64,000 nucleotides of DNA. Source: Waterburya sp. Its GTDB lineage: Bacteria > Cyanobacteriota > Cyanobacteriia > Cyanobacteriales > Xenococcaceae. How positions within the stretch are numbered: the stretch's first letter is position 1; the number at the start of each line of letters is the position of its first letter. Location of the stretch: positions 3,936,001-4,000,000 of the forward strand of contig CBDCJV010000002.1 of NCBI GenBank assembly GCA_965217895.1, written 5' to 3'. Made by a program: the position numbers and the translations under genes. The notes beneath the pieces were generated by a model that saw only the letters and a list, made by a program, of their open reading frames with translations, made no database searches and was not told the origin of the DNA. Shown piece after piece: positions 42,670 through 52,854 of the stretch.

Positions 42670-42679
42670 CAATTACTGA

Positions 42680-44803
42680 TTATCTTGATGCTGTTTGAGA
42701 TAATGGAAAAACATATTGTCTGGCTGCATGAACTAAAGGCAATAAAGCCCCAGCTTGTTCTGTACCGTTAACTCCCAAGTCACTGTGACAAAGAAATATC
42801 TTTTCTGCTCTTGCCATAACATCTCGTAGGATACGCTCCAAACGCGCCTTATCCATTTCATATTCATCTTCAGGCATCCAGACTTTTCCTGACCACTGTT
42901 TGAGAAATAAAGGAGCAGCAAATAGAGTGGCAGCACCGCCCTGTGACCATAATGGCGAACTAGCATCCAGCCAAAACTGCCAGGGATGATGCGATCGCAT
43001 TGAACGATACTGGAATATAGTAGCCAGGGTAACTGCCTCTGCTTGAGGAGAAAATTGACTCACTGGGCGAGCATTAGCAGTAATTGTGCCACGGCGTAAC
43101 AGGTTGATAAATTGGGCTATGGTAGCAGCCTGGGTTTGAAAACTAGGTTCATTTTGTCGCAGGCGACGATCTACTTCCCAAAAGTGTTGGGCGGTTTCCA
43201 TTAATTCTCGCAGTATTGCCAGCCTGTCACTAGTTAAATGTGCGCCATTGTTTAAAAAGTGCTTAATAGCCTCAGACAACAAAATAGTCGGCGTAAAAAA
43301 ACTTTGCTGCTGCTGTCGAACTTTGGTGCTTTCAATCCAGCTAACAATTTCTTGATAGGCTGTGGTGGCTTGATGTCCCAAGCGATCCCAACGAGGAAAA
43401 GTTTCTACAGCAGACAAATAAGGATGTTCTGGATCGACATGATAACAGTAGTCGGCGATTAAGCCCGCCCGCACTGGATCGATGTGAGAAGTTAACTGAC
43501 CATTTTGAAATTTTTGACTAAATACCGTTAACATTTCGGCAATGGAGTCACGGTCAACCAAGCGACCTAGATCGGCGTAAATTAAACCTAATAAGGTAAG
43601 CAAACTTCTGACTAAAGGTGAGCTAATGATAGGGCGTTGTTCATTGAGAGGTATTACAGGAATACCTTTAGCAGCCAGAATTTCGATTAGAGTATAGCGG
43701 GCAATTTCATCTAAACCAGGGGCAATAATGGCAATATCTGAAGGTTTAAGCCCCTGCTGTTGAACAGCTTGAATTATCATCTCGGCGGTTTGACGCAATA
43801 ATTCCGCACGGGAAATGGTTTGTATAGACTGTATCGCTTCAGGGGCATCAACGAGATAAGCTGCTTCTGTTACCAAATTTACTGCGGTATCGGTAAATTC
43901 TAGGGCTAGATTACTAGCAGAAGGAGATAATTTTTCCTGCTGACAGCGAGCAGCTAAACCTGCTAGGTAATCTGGATCGGCGTTTAAGCCCAAGCGAATT
44001 TTACCATCGGGATTATAGGTAAAAACGGAATATGCACCTTGATCGAGCATAAACTCAAATAGATCGCGAGCGATCGCGGGATAATCATCTAGATCATCGG
44101 CAAAAACTGCCTGATAACGGTTTGTCAGATGTTGCTGATATTGAGGATTGGGTAACAAGTAACGCCAGTAAAGCTCGTAAATCAAACCATAGGTCAACAA
44201 GCCGCGTTCCAAGCACCAATTTCGCCAGAGTAACAGTAATTCTCCCATTCTTTGCCAGAGATGGCTTTGATCTTGCTCAACTAAATCCAATCCTGCTAGA
44301 CCTTGAGATAACATGGTGGAGATATCTTCGGTTGGCACACCGCTAGTCCCTGCTAGCTGCATTAGATCTAAAGTTTGTCTTACCAGACGGTATTCGTTGT
44401 CAAATTTACACAGAGCCTCCCAATCTGGTTGCGATCGCCATAGCTGAGTTGCTAACTCTTGTTCGGTTTCAGGGCGCAGTCGCAACGGAAATTGTGCCTT
44501 AAGGTGCAACTCTTCAAAAATTAAGGGAAAGAATAACATCACCTCATCGGTAATGAAGCCGACAGAAGTTTTACAAACTACGGGATAAGTTCCATCTACA
44601 GCGAGGACAAGGCGATCGCTTAATTGGCGACGGCTTTGATTATTGGCAGTAAAGACTAAAATAGCAGAAGCTAAATTTTGAGGCAGAGCCTTAATTTTAG
44701 GTTTTAGTAACTGTTTTCTTACCCAGCCCGAAAATTCCGTTACCAAACGAGAGGTTTTGCCCGTACGAGTTGTTCCTGTAATCCAAAGAGATGAAGTTAG
44801 CAC
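42680..44803 (-). CDS. Conserved cyanobacterial degenerate SF1-helicase-like P-loop protein
   Basis: GTTRTGKT, VFADDLDDY and DIAIIAPG motifs. Confidence 0.7.
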   Translation of the reverse strand: MLTSSLWITGTTRTGKTSRLVTEFSGWVRKQLLKPKIKALPQNLASAILVFTANNQSRRQLSDRLVLAVDGTYPVVCKTSVGFITDEVMLFFPLIFEELHLKAQFPLRLRPETEQELATQLWRSQPDWEALCKFDNEYRLVRQTLDLMQLAGTSGVPTEDISTMLSQGLAGLDLVEQDQSHLWQRMGELLLLWRNWCLERGLLTYGLIYELYWRYLLPNPQYQQHLTNRYQAVFADDLDDYPAIARDLFEFMLDQGAYSVFTYNPDGKIRLGLNADPDYLAGLAARCQQEKLSPSASNLALEFTDTAVNLVTEAAYLVDAPEAIQSIQTISRAELLRQTAEMIIQAVQQQGLKPSDIAIIAPGLDEIARYTLIEILAAKGIPVIPLNEQRPIISSPLVRSLLTLLGLIYADLGRLVDRDSIAEMLTVFSQKFQNGQLTSHIDPVRAGLIADYCYHVDPEHPYLSAVETFPRWDRLGHQATTAYQEIVSWIESTKVRQQQQSFFTPTILLSEAIKHFLNNGAHLTSDRLAILRELMETAQHFWEVDRRLRQNEPSFQTQAATIAQFINLLRRGTITANARPVSQFSPQAEAVTLATIFQYRSMRSHHPWQFWLDASSPLWSQGGAATLFAAPLFLKQWSGKVWMPEDEYEMDKARLERILRDVMARAEKIFLCHSDLGVNGTEQAGALLPLVHAARQYVFPLSQTASR

Positions 44804-44930
44804 AATCTGTTATTTTCTCAATCTATTAGTATATATACGCCCAATACTTGAGTATCATAGAGGTTATAATTCTGCTCTCTATAATCAAGCAAAAAGTTAA
44901 CCTGATTACTGATGGTGTTGTTTTAAATTA

Positions 44931-46286
44931 ATGAAACTTCAAGATATTTTTAATGCCAGTAGACGTTGGTTATCTAGCACTCCTGAAAGAGCTTTAGATG
45001 CAGCTTATCGAGCAGCAATTAAAATTAAGGCGATCGAAGATGATCATTTCGATGGGCAAATGGTATCTGCTAGCTCAGTAGAATACTCAGACAGCGTAAT
45101 CAAAGTATTTCGCAGTGACGTTAATAATTATCTCAGCACTATTAAAGCCAGGCTAGCGGAATTTAGGATCAGCAGAGGTCTACTGATTTTTTCTGATACC
45201 CAGCCTAATAATTCTAGTCAAAGTATCGTTCGCTATACTAACGGTTTTAATGATGCCCGTGGCGAACTTACAGTAGTAGAAAAGTTGGCATATATTGACG
45301 CTATTACCTACAAATATAAGAATCCTACGGTTGAAGATATTGAAGTTATCCCTACCCGTCGTTTAGAGAAAAATCAAAAGAATAACCGATTAATTATTAA
45401 CAATAATAAGCGATCGCTAACTTTAAATCAATCTGTTTCCGAGAAAAACGGCAAAGATCCTAATACTGAAACTATTACTGATAAAACCAGTGTGCTACCT
45501 CGTTCTTTTATGCGGACTCTTGGTCGCATCAGGCAGGAAATCGATCCGCAAGCAGAAAATACCGAAGAAGAAGTAGTTAAAAGATTTCGTAAAAGCCGTA
45601 ACAAAACTGCAATTTCAATTCGTTTTTTATTAATTCTAATTATCATTCCTTTATTAACCCATCAAGTATCAAAAAGCCTGATTATTACTCCTTTGGTTCG
45701 GCAATATTTTGTCGATCATCAACAACAAGTTTTATTTATCAATCAAGATCTTGAAGAAGAAGCTTTTTTGGAGCTACATAATTACGAAGAAGAGCTTCAT
45801 TTCAAAAGCATGATTGGTTTGATACCTGCTCTTTCTTTAGAAGAACAAGAAAAGAAAATCATCGAAAAAGCTGAAGAATTATCATTAGCATTTAAAGGTC
45901 GAGGAATTAATGCGATCGGTAATGTTTTTGCTGATTTATTTTCTTTAATAGCTTTTGCAGCAATTATTTATTTCTGTAAACGAGAAATTCAAATTATCAA
46001 ATCTTTTCTTGATGAAATAGCCTACGGTTTGAGCGATAGTGCCAAAGCTTTTCTAATTATTTTATTAACTGATATGTTTGTAGGTTATCATTCTCCTCAC
46101 GGTTGGGAGATCATTTTAGAAGGCATTGCTCGTCATTTGGGACTACCAGAAAATAGAGAGTTTAACTTCCTGTTTATTGCTACTTTTCCTGTAATTTTAG
46201 ACACGGTTTTAAAATACTGGATTTTCCGCTATCTTAATCGAATTTCTCCTTCTTCCGTGGCAACTTATAAAAATATGAATGAATAA
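44931..46286 (+). CDS. pxcA: Proton extrusion protein PxcA (CemA family)
   Basis: TPERAL, DMFVGYHSPHGWE, IATFPVILDT and LNRISPS motifs. Confidence 0.95.
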   Translation: MKLQDIFNASRRWLSSTPERALDAAYRAAIKIKAIEDDHFDGQMVSASSVEYSDSVIKVFRSDVNNYLSTIKARLAEFRISRGLLIFSDTQPNNSSQSIVRYTNGFNDARGELTVVEKLAYIDAITYKYKNPTVEDIEVIPTRRLEKNQKNNRLIINNNKRSLTLNQSVSEKNGKDPNTETITDKTSVLPRSFMRTLGRIRQEIDPQAENTEEEVVKRFRKSRNKTAISIRFLLILIIIPLLTHQVSKSLIITPLVRQYFVDHQQQVLFINQDLEEEAFLELHNYEEELHFKSMIGLIPALSLEEQEKKIIEKAEELSLAFKGRGINAIGNVFADLFSLIAFAAIIYFCKREIQIIKSFLDEIAYGLSDSAKAFLIILLTDMFVGYHSPHGWEIILEGIARHLGLPENREFNFLFIATFPVILDTVLKYWIFRYLNRISPSSVATYKNMNE

Positions 46287-46672
46287 ATATAGTACTCCTA
46301 AAAATTCATATCCAAAACGTACTAATTTTTGTGGTAATTTTGTGTAGAGCATTATTTGTTTTTAGAATGGAGACTAGCAAGATAATTACCATAGAATTTA
46401 CTAAATTGCCAAAAACTTTGCAAAAAAACAATTATTTTGTTCTCCTTAATTTCTATTCTTTTGTCAGCTAAATCTGGGTTTTCTTTAGATAATTTCATTG
46501 TTTATTCCTGCTGAATGTAAATTTAATTTATCTATTTTGGGTAATGATAGTAATGCTCCTCAATCCAGATTGTTATCTCTTGTTTGGAACTAAAAAAACT
46601 AATAGTTTTAAACCTACTGTTACTATCGCCAATTAAATTAAAAATAAGAAGGTACAAAAAACAAAAATATTG

Positions 46673-46707
46673 CTAGTACAGTTACTTTTTGTTAAAAACT
46701 GTTCTAG
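46673..46707. promoter_or_regulatory. Candidate operator of MocR-type regulator
   Basis: ctagtacagtt-N13-aactgttctag inverted repeat (1 mismatch) about 80 bp upstream of the start. Confidence 0.5.
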
Positions 46708-46787
46708 TAAAAATTAATCAAAAGCGTACCAGCAAAACTAGCAAGAGATCGCGTAAGATAACGAAAGGCGAATAGAGTAACTCGAAA

Positions 46788-48230
46788 GTGAAAATTCCTA
46801 TCGACCGTCAAGCAGTAAAGCCAGTCTACTTACAAATTCGCGATCGCCTTAGTCGTTTAATTAGATCGGGAACTTTTAAAACAGGCGATCGCTTGCCATC
46901 AATTCGCTCTTTGGCTAAAAATGCTCAGGTTAATAAATTAACTGTAATTGAGGCTTATAGTGTTTTAGAAGCAGACGGATTGATTCATGCTCGTCCAGGT
47001 TCAGGTTACTTTGTAAACTCAGAATCTCTAATTTCTGTTCAACCAAAATCTAATTTTGCCCCAGTTCAAGAAGTAATTATTCCGCAACAAAAAAGCATTT
47101 CTTTCTTTGATATTTATCAACTTTCCGTACAGGCAAATAATAAACCTGGAGTAATCGATTTTAGTAGTGGGTTTCCTATTTCTTCTGGTTTAAAAGATTT
47201 ACAGCGTCATGCTAGACGAGCCATGAAACAGGTAACAGAAACTTTATATAATTATGACTTTCCCCAAGGACAGCTTATTTTAAGACAGCAAATTGCCAAA
47301 ATGCTGATTCAATTGGGCTTAGAAGTTTCTGCCGATGATTTAATTATTACCAATGGCTCAAAACAAGGATTATCTTTAGTGATGAATCATTATCTTCAGG
47401 CTGGAGATTGGATAGTAACTGAAAGTCCTACTTATTACGGCACTTTGGATATTATTGAAAATATTGGCGCGAGGACTATTGGTATTCCTATGCAGGGTTC
47501 GGGAATGAACTTAGAGCTTTTAGAACAATATTTGCAGAGTCATCGCCCTAAACTAATTTACACTGTCTCGACTTTTCAAAATCCTACGGGTATTACAACT
47601 ACTCTCCAGCATCGCCAGCAATTATTGACTTTAGCCGAAAAATATGAGTGTTTGATTTTAGAAGATAATTCTTACGAAGGTTTAAACTTTGAGCCTGTAC
47701 CTCCACCAATCAAAGCTATAGATAACAGTGATTCGGTTATTTATACTGGCACGTTTTCTAAAACTTTGATGCCAGGTTTAAGAGTTGGCTATCTCTTAGC
47801 TACTGGAAAACATTATCGTCCCTTGTTAGAACAAAAGCTGTTTCACGATCTTCACGTTTCTACAGTTTCTCAGGCAATTGTCAGCGAGTATCTTGCTTCT
47901 GGGCATTATCGCCGTCATCTCAACCATCTCCAAGCTAGCAACTTGTGTAGTCGCAATGCCATGCTACAGGCGTTAGAACGTTATTTTCCTCAAGAAGCCA
48001 CCTGGACTATACCCAATGGCGGCTTATTTCTTTGGGTGCAGTTACCAGATGAAGTTTCACTAGTGACAATTGCTCGTCAAGCTTGGCAAGAAAATGTGTT
48101 TGTATGTCCTGGTATGCCGTTTTTTCCAGGACAAAAAGGTTATAACGCTCTGCGCCTCAACTTTTCCCATACCCCAGAAACAATTGAGCGGGGTATTGCG
48201 ATTTTAGGCAAGGTGCTAAAAAAATATTGA
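46788..48230 (+). CDS. GntR/MocR-family regulator (HTH + PLP aminotransferase-like domain)
   Basis: RLPSIRSLA...GSGYFV, FQNPTG and TFSKTLMPGLRVG motifs. Confidence 0.93.
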   Translation: MKIPIDRQAVKPVYLQIRDRLSRLIRSGTFKTGDRLPSIRSLAKNAQVNKLTVIEAYSVLEADGLIHARPGSGYFVNSESLISVQPKSNFAPVQEVIIPQQKSISFFDIYQLSVQANNKPGVIDFSSGFPISSGLKDLQRHARRAMKQVTETLYNYDFPQGQLILRQQIAKMLIQLGLEVSADDLIITNGSKQGLSLVMNHYLQAGDWIVTESPTYYGTLDIIENIGARTIGIPMQGSGMNLELLEQYLQSHRPKLIYTVSTFQNPTGITTTLQHRQQLLTLAEKYECLILEDNSYEGLNFEPVPPPIKAIDNSDSVIYTGTFSKTLMPGLRVGYLLATGKHYRPLLEQKLFHDLHVSTVSQAIVSEYLASGHYRRHLNHLQASNLCSRNAMLQALERYFPQEATWTIPNGGLFLWVQLPDEVSLVTIARQAWQENVFVCPGMPFFPGQKGYNALRLNFSHTPETIERGIAILGKVLKKY

Positions 48231-48253
48231 GCGCAATTTTTAAGAGATTTATA

Positions 48254-48357
48254 TATAGCAATACGAGGCTGTGTTAGGACACTCCCTGTGGAAAGTACTT
48301 CTTAGCTACCTACGAGCAATTAAATTTTCTGTCCTAACCGATTAACGTACTGCAATA
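48254..48357. repeat. MITE-like element
   Basis: Imperfect inverted ends tatagcaatacg / cgtactgcaata with inner gttaggaca / tgtcctaac. Confidence 0.6.
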
Positions 48358-48658
48358 TATCTATATGTCACTATTGTCATAAGATTGTCACACATATGAA
48401 AAAAGTATTTGATAATAGTATAAAAATAGAAGAAATACCGATGCTAATTTAGCGGACGAGCAACTCGTTCAAAAAAAGCATGAAACCTTGAATGCTAATG
48501 TTTTTAAAGGCTTATTCTGAACCAATAAAAAGATTATCAAGCTAACCAATAAATATGCTTTTTCATGGTAGATTTCACGTAGTTGTTGTGATAAATAATA
48601 ACTGTTAACACTAGTGAAAACACTGCATAGTCTTAAACATAAATTAAGGAGATAGAAA

Positions 48659-49753
48659 ATGCGAATAGTAATGCTAGGTTGTGGTGGCTTTATTGGTAGT
48701 CATCTTTTAGACAGATTGCTTGATGAAGGTGGTTTTGAAATTCATGGCTGGGATCCTAGCGATCGCAAAATTGCCAGACATTTGACAAATCCTAACTTTC
48801 ATCTACATTGCAACACAACTCATTCCCCAGGAGAGTTAGCAGAAATTGAGAGTGAAATTTCCCAAGCAGATGTTGTCTTTAACTTAGCGGCTATCTGCAA
48901 CCCAGCCGAGTATAATACTCGCCCATTAGACACAATTTATGCCAATTTATTTGATATCTATCCGATTGTAGAATTGTGCGCCAAGTACAAGAAATGGTTG
49001 ATTAGCTTTTCTACTAGTGAAGTCTACGGACGCACTTTATCTAGCTACTTACCTGGAGATAATTACAGCAACCCCGATTTTTACGAACTCCGTGAAGACG
49101 AAACACCATTGATCATGGGGCCAATTTCCAATCAGCGTTGGACTTATGCCTGTGCCAAACAAATGACCGAGCGTTTGATCTACGCCCATAATCAAGAAAG
49201 CGGTATGCCTTTTACCATCATCAGACCGCTTAACTTCTTTGGACCCAAGATGGATTACATTCCTGGTCGAGATGGTAGTGCCGATGGTGTACCTAGAGTT
49301 TTGGCTTGCTTTATGACTGCCTTGCTAGACAACAAACCAATGCAACTGGTAGATGGTGGAATCGCACAGCGGACAATCGTATCTATTCATGATGCCGTCA
49401 ATGCTATGCGCCTAATGCTTAAATTTCCAGACAAAGCTCAAAATCAAATCTTTAATATTGGCAACCGCGATAATGAAGTAAATATTGCCGAACTTGCCGA
49501 GTTGATGCGTCTTACCTACGCAAAGATTACGGGTGATTCAAGTTATAAAAATCATCCTATTGTTAATATTACCGCGAAGAAATTTTACGGTGAAGGCTAT
49601 GAAGATTGCGATCGCCGTATGCCCGATTTAAGTAAAGCACAAACATTACTGGGTTGGACTCCAAAAAGACCTCTAGAAGAAGTTTTGCTCGAAACAATGA
49701 GCTATTATCACCAAGAATACGCATCTCCAGCACTAACTTCTGTTAGTGCTTAA
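48659..49753 (+). CDS. UDP-apiose/UDP-xylose synthase-like SDR (UDP-GlcA decarboxylase family)
   Basis: GCGGFIGSH, NLAAICNPAEYNTRPLDTIY, QRWTYACAKQ, GVPRVLACF, LVDGG, NEV and FYGEGYED blocks recalled from plant AXS/UAS. RBS aggag. Confidence 0.85.
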   Translation: MRIVMLGCGGFIGSHLLDRLLDEGGFEIHGWDPSDRKIARHLTNPNFHLHCNTTHSPGELAEIESEISQADVVFNLAAICNPAEYNTRPLDTIYANLFDIYPIVELCAKYKKWLISFSTSEVYGRTLSSYLPGDNYSNPDFYELREDETPLIMGPISNQRWTYACAKQMTERLIYAHNQESGMPFTIIRPLNFFGPKMDYIPGRDGSADGVPRVLACFMTALLDNKPMQLVDGGIAQRTIVSIHDAVNAMRLMLKFPDKAQNQIFNIGNRDNEVNIAELAELMRLTYAKITGDSSYKNHPIVNITAKKFYGEGYEDCDRRMPDLSKAQTLLGWTPKRPLEEVLLETMSYYHQEYASPALTSVSA

Positions 49754-49993
49754 AAAATTAGACTTATGCATGAATAAGAAATTTTAAAATTATAGAGATT
49801 ATTATTAACAACAGTTAGGATAGCTAGAAAGTGTAATAGCAGTAAGTTTGTAGGTCAGTTATTAGCATCTGAAAACAAGTGTGCATAACGTCCGCTAGAA
49901 ACTCTATTTCTACAGTCCTAATTGTCTTAACTGTCTTAACTCTAGATATAAACTACAGATGTAATTATTCATCCTTTCAGTAATACTTGGAAA

Positions 49994-51079
49994 TTGCTAA
50001 ATGAGAGCAAAGTAAAATTGAAATATCACGTCCCACTGAGAAAATTCGATGATTTGGAACGGCAAAAGACCCAAAGCTTAGAAGCGCGATCGCAAAAATG
50101 CTCTCGTAACGATATCTGGATGCTTGGTGAAAGATTAAATGCCACTTTTTATGAACCAAAATTAGGTTCAGTTTCGTTTGGGGATCAGCTTCGAGGCAAA
50201 ATTACGGGCATACCACATTATTGGGAATATGCCCGCAAAGTAACTTCTGGACTCGGAGAAGATGATTTTATTTTTTGTGAAGGAGAAGGATTAGGAATTC
50301 CATTCGCTGCTATTGCTGCCAGTAAGAAAAATCGACCCAAAATCGCAGTCCGCTTTCACAATATTAATCGACCTCGCGGGAAATTATCCTTAAGTTTATA
50401 TCGCCTCGGCGACAAAATCGATTTATATATTGCTCATTCCCGCGCTCAACTCGATTTTTTGCGCGATTATTTACATTTACCCGAATCTAAAATTGGTTAT
50501 TTTTGGTATACAACCGATTGCCAGTTTTTTAAGCCAGGACAGCCATCTGCCAACAAAACCCGCCCCCTTATTGTCAGCGTTGGTTTAGAAAGACGAGATT
50601 ACCATCTACTAGCTGCGGCGACTGAAGATTTAGATGCTGATGTTAAGATTGCGGGTTTTTCACAATTTGCATCGGGACTGGCACGGAATTTTCCCAAAAC
50701 TATTCCTGCTAATATGTCTAATAGCTTTTATGCACTACCTGAATTGCTTCAACTTTATCACGATGCGGATCTAATCGTTGTCTGTGTCAAGCCTAGCAAT
50801 TGGTCTGCTGGCGCGACCAGCTTAGTCGAAGCAATGGCTTGTCGTAAACCAGTTGTCGTTACACGAACTGAAGGATTGAAAGAGTATTTAATGGATGCAG
50901 AGGCGATGCTCACGGTCGAACCAGGAGATGCTAAAGGTTTGCAGCAGGCGATCGTTCATTTGTTAAATAATCCCCAAGAAGCAGAGGCAAGGGCAGAAAA
51001 AGCTTACCAGCTTGCAATCAAGCGTCATCAAGTAGAACAGCAAATCGAAACTATCGCTACATTGATGGAGAACAATTGA
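49994..51079 (+). CDS. GT-B glycosyltransferase (GT4-like)
   Basis: VSVGLERRDY and GATSLVEAMACRKPVV...VEPGD motifs. TTG start uncertain. Confidence 0.88.
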   Translation: MLNESKVKLKYHVPLRKFDDLERQKTQSLEARSQKCSRNDIWMLGERLNATFYEPKLGSVSFGDQLRGKITGIPHYWEYARKVTSGLGEDDFIFCEGEGLGIPFAAIAASKKNRPKIAVRFHNINRPRGKLSLSLYRLGDKIDLYIAHSRAQLDFLRDYLHLPESKIGYFWYTTDCQFFKPGQPSANKTRPLIVSVGLERRDYHLLAAATEDLDADVKIAGFSQFASGLARNFPKTIPANMSNSFYALPELLQLYHDADLIVVCVKPSNWSAGATSLVEAMACRKPVVVTRTEGLKEYLMDAEAMLTVEPGDAKGLQQAIVHLLNNPQEAEARAEKAYQLAIKRHQVEQQIETIATLMENN

Positions 51080-51260
51080 GTAGTCATGGGACAATCACCC
51101 AATACCGATTGTTAGCTGCATTTCCTTTAACTCAATGACGATAAGCAGCATTCAGATTAAATCAAATCGAAGATTATCGAGCTTGCCAAAAAGATCGTGT
51201 TATTGATGCCAAGCAGTTGTATTTTCAGTAACTACTTTCTTATAGTAGCTAAAAGCTCTA

Positions 51261-52295
51261 TTAAAATAATTCTTCTAGAAACAATTCTATTAATTCTTGA
51301 GTAGTAACAAGAGTTTCAGTGTCCTGTGAATACAAGTCTTGAGTGCGATAACCCTGGCAGAGAATTTTATCCCTAGCCTGTTGTAAACTTTTTACCGCAG
51401 CTACTTCCTCCCATTGTTCTAACATCATCATTGCACTAGCTAAAGTACCTAAAGGATTAGCCAAATTTTTTCCTGCTATATTAGGTGCAGTGCCATGAAT
51501 CGCTTCGTACATACCAAAGCCTGACTCGTTAAGACTAGCAGAACCTAATAAACCTATTGAGCCAACTAAAGCACCACCAAGATCGCTTAAGATATCTCCA
51601 AATAAGTTACCTGCCAAAATAACATCAAAATGCTGCGGATTGACGATCAACTGCATAGCTAAGTTATCTACTAGCATTGGCTCAACAACAACATTAGGAT
51701 ATTCTTGAGCAACTTCTCCTACCAATTTTGTCCAAGGTAAATGGGGTAAGGCGTTTTCTTTATGCGCCACCGTAAGCAAGCCTCGTCTTGCTTTGGCTTT
51801 GGCTAGAGCAAGTTTAGCAATACGTTTAATCTGCCAGTCATAATACTGCATAGTGTGATAACCATAGCTACCCTGTTCATTTTTTCCTCTCCCTGATGCG
51901 CCAAAGTAAATCCCGCTAACTAACTCCCGAACAAATAAAATGTCTACTCCTGCAAGGCAATCGCTTTTTATACTAGATTTATCTAACAGACTAGGAATTA
52001 CTTTAACTGGACGCAGATTGACAAAGAAATCAAACTTCTTTCTTAGTTCTAATAATCCGCCTTTACTGACTGCACCAAAGAGAATGCCATCGGCTTGACT
52101 ACATAGCTGAGATGTTGATTCAGGGAAATACGAGCCATACCGTTGAAATGCCGATTCTCCAATTACGCCATAGTCTACTTGCAGTTTAAAATCGTGCTTT
52201 TTAGCTACCTGTTGCAAAATAGTCAGCGTGGCATCTACTACTTCTAAACCGATTCCCTCTCCTGGCAAAGCTGCAATACGATATTCTTTGGTCAT
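51261..52295 (-). CDS. Divergent beta-decarboxylating dehydrogenase (LeuB-like; possibly HphB type)
   Basis: LPGEGIG, LRKKFDFFVNLRP, RELVSGIYFG, NLFGDILSD and EAIHGTAP motifs. Confidence 0.85.
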   Translation of the reverse strand: MTKEYRIAALPGEGIGLEVVDATLTILQQVAKKHDFKLQVDYGVIGESAFQRYGSYFPESTSQLCSQADGILFGAVSKGGLLELRKKFDFFVNLRPVKVIPSLLDKSSIKSDCLAGVDILFVRELVSGIYFGASGRGKNEQGSYGYHTMQYYDWQIKRIAKLALAKAKARRGLLTVAHKENALPHLPWTKLVGEVAQEYPNVVVEPMLVDNLAMQLIVNPQHFDVILAGNLFGDILSDLGGALVGSIGLLGSASLNESGFGMYEAIHGTAPNIAGKNLANPLGTLASAMMMLEQWEEVAAVKSLQQARDKILCQGYRTQDLYSQDTETLVTTQELIELFLEELF

Positions 52296-52415
52296 TATTC
52301 ATTGTTAAATTAGAGTCAATCCAGCAGATTTGCTTCAATAACAGTCTGGAAATCTTACTGATACAGTTATTTGGCTGTTCTCTAAGTAAAATAACTATAC
52401 ATTTTCTGCTTTAAT

Positions 52416-52700
52416 CTATAAAATCCGTATCGGATCTGTTGCGAAGTCATCATCTTCGTAATTTTCATATTGCAGTCTAACTTCACGCTTTAATTCATAT
52501 AAAGTATCACTTAAGTCAGCCTCTGCCCGATCTAAAGTTCTTTTATTATCTTGTTCGAGGCTTTTGAGAATATCTTCACACAGATCATTAATGCGACGAT
52601 GGTAATAACTAGCGAATTGACTACCAAAATCAAGTGTAATTTCTGCAAGTATACGTTGCGCCTGTTGGGTTAAAGCTATAGCACGGTTACGTTTTTCCAC
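52416..52700 (-). pseudogene. Stand-alone fragment resembling the C-terminal lid of a cyanobacterial DnaK paralogue
   Basis: EKRNRA...LDFGSQFA...RRI...ADLSDTLYELKREVRLQY. An in-frame stop lies two codons upstream of the GTG. Confidence 0.55.
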
Positions 52701-52809
52701 ACCCTATTATTCCTTATTTTGTTTTTATTACTGTTTTTCTCCTCCATTATAAAAAACCTAAAATTTAATAACGATGTTACTAACAAACTTATAACCTGAA
52801 AACTATTCT

Positions 52810-52854
52810 AGGTCGCTTCACAAATAGGAATAATTTTCATTTGTGAAGCGACCT
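52810..52854. terminator. 16-bp perfect hairpin
   Basis: aggtcgcttcacaaat / atttgtgaagcgacct, downstream of the aldo/keto reductase gene. Confidence 0.6.
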
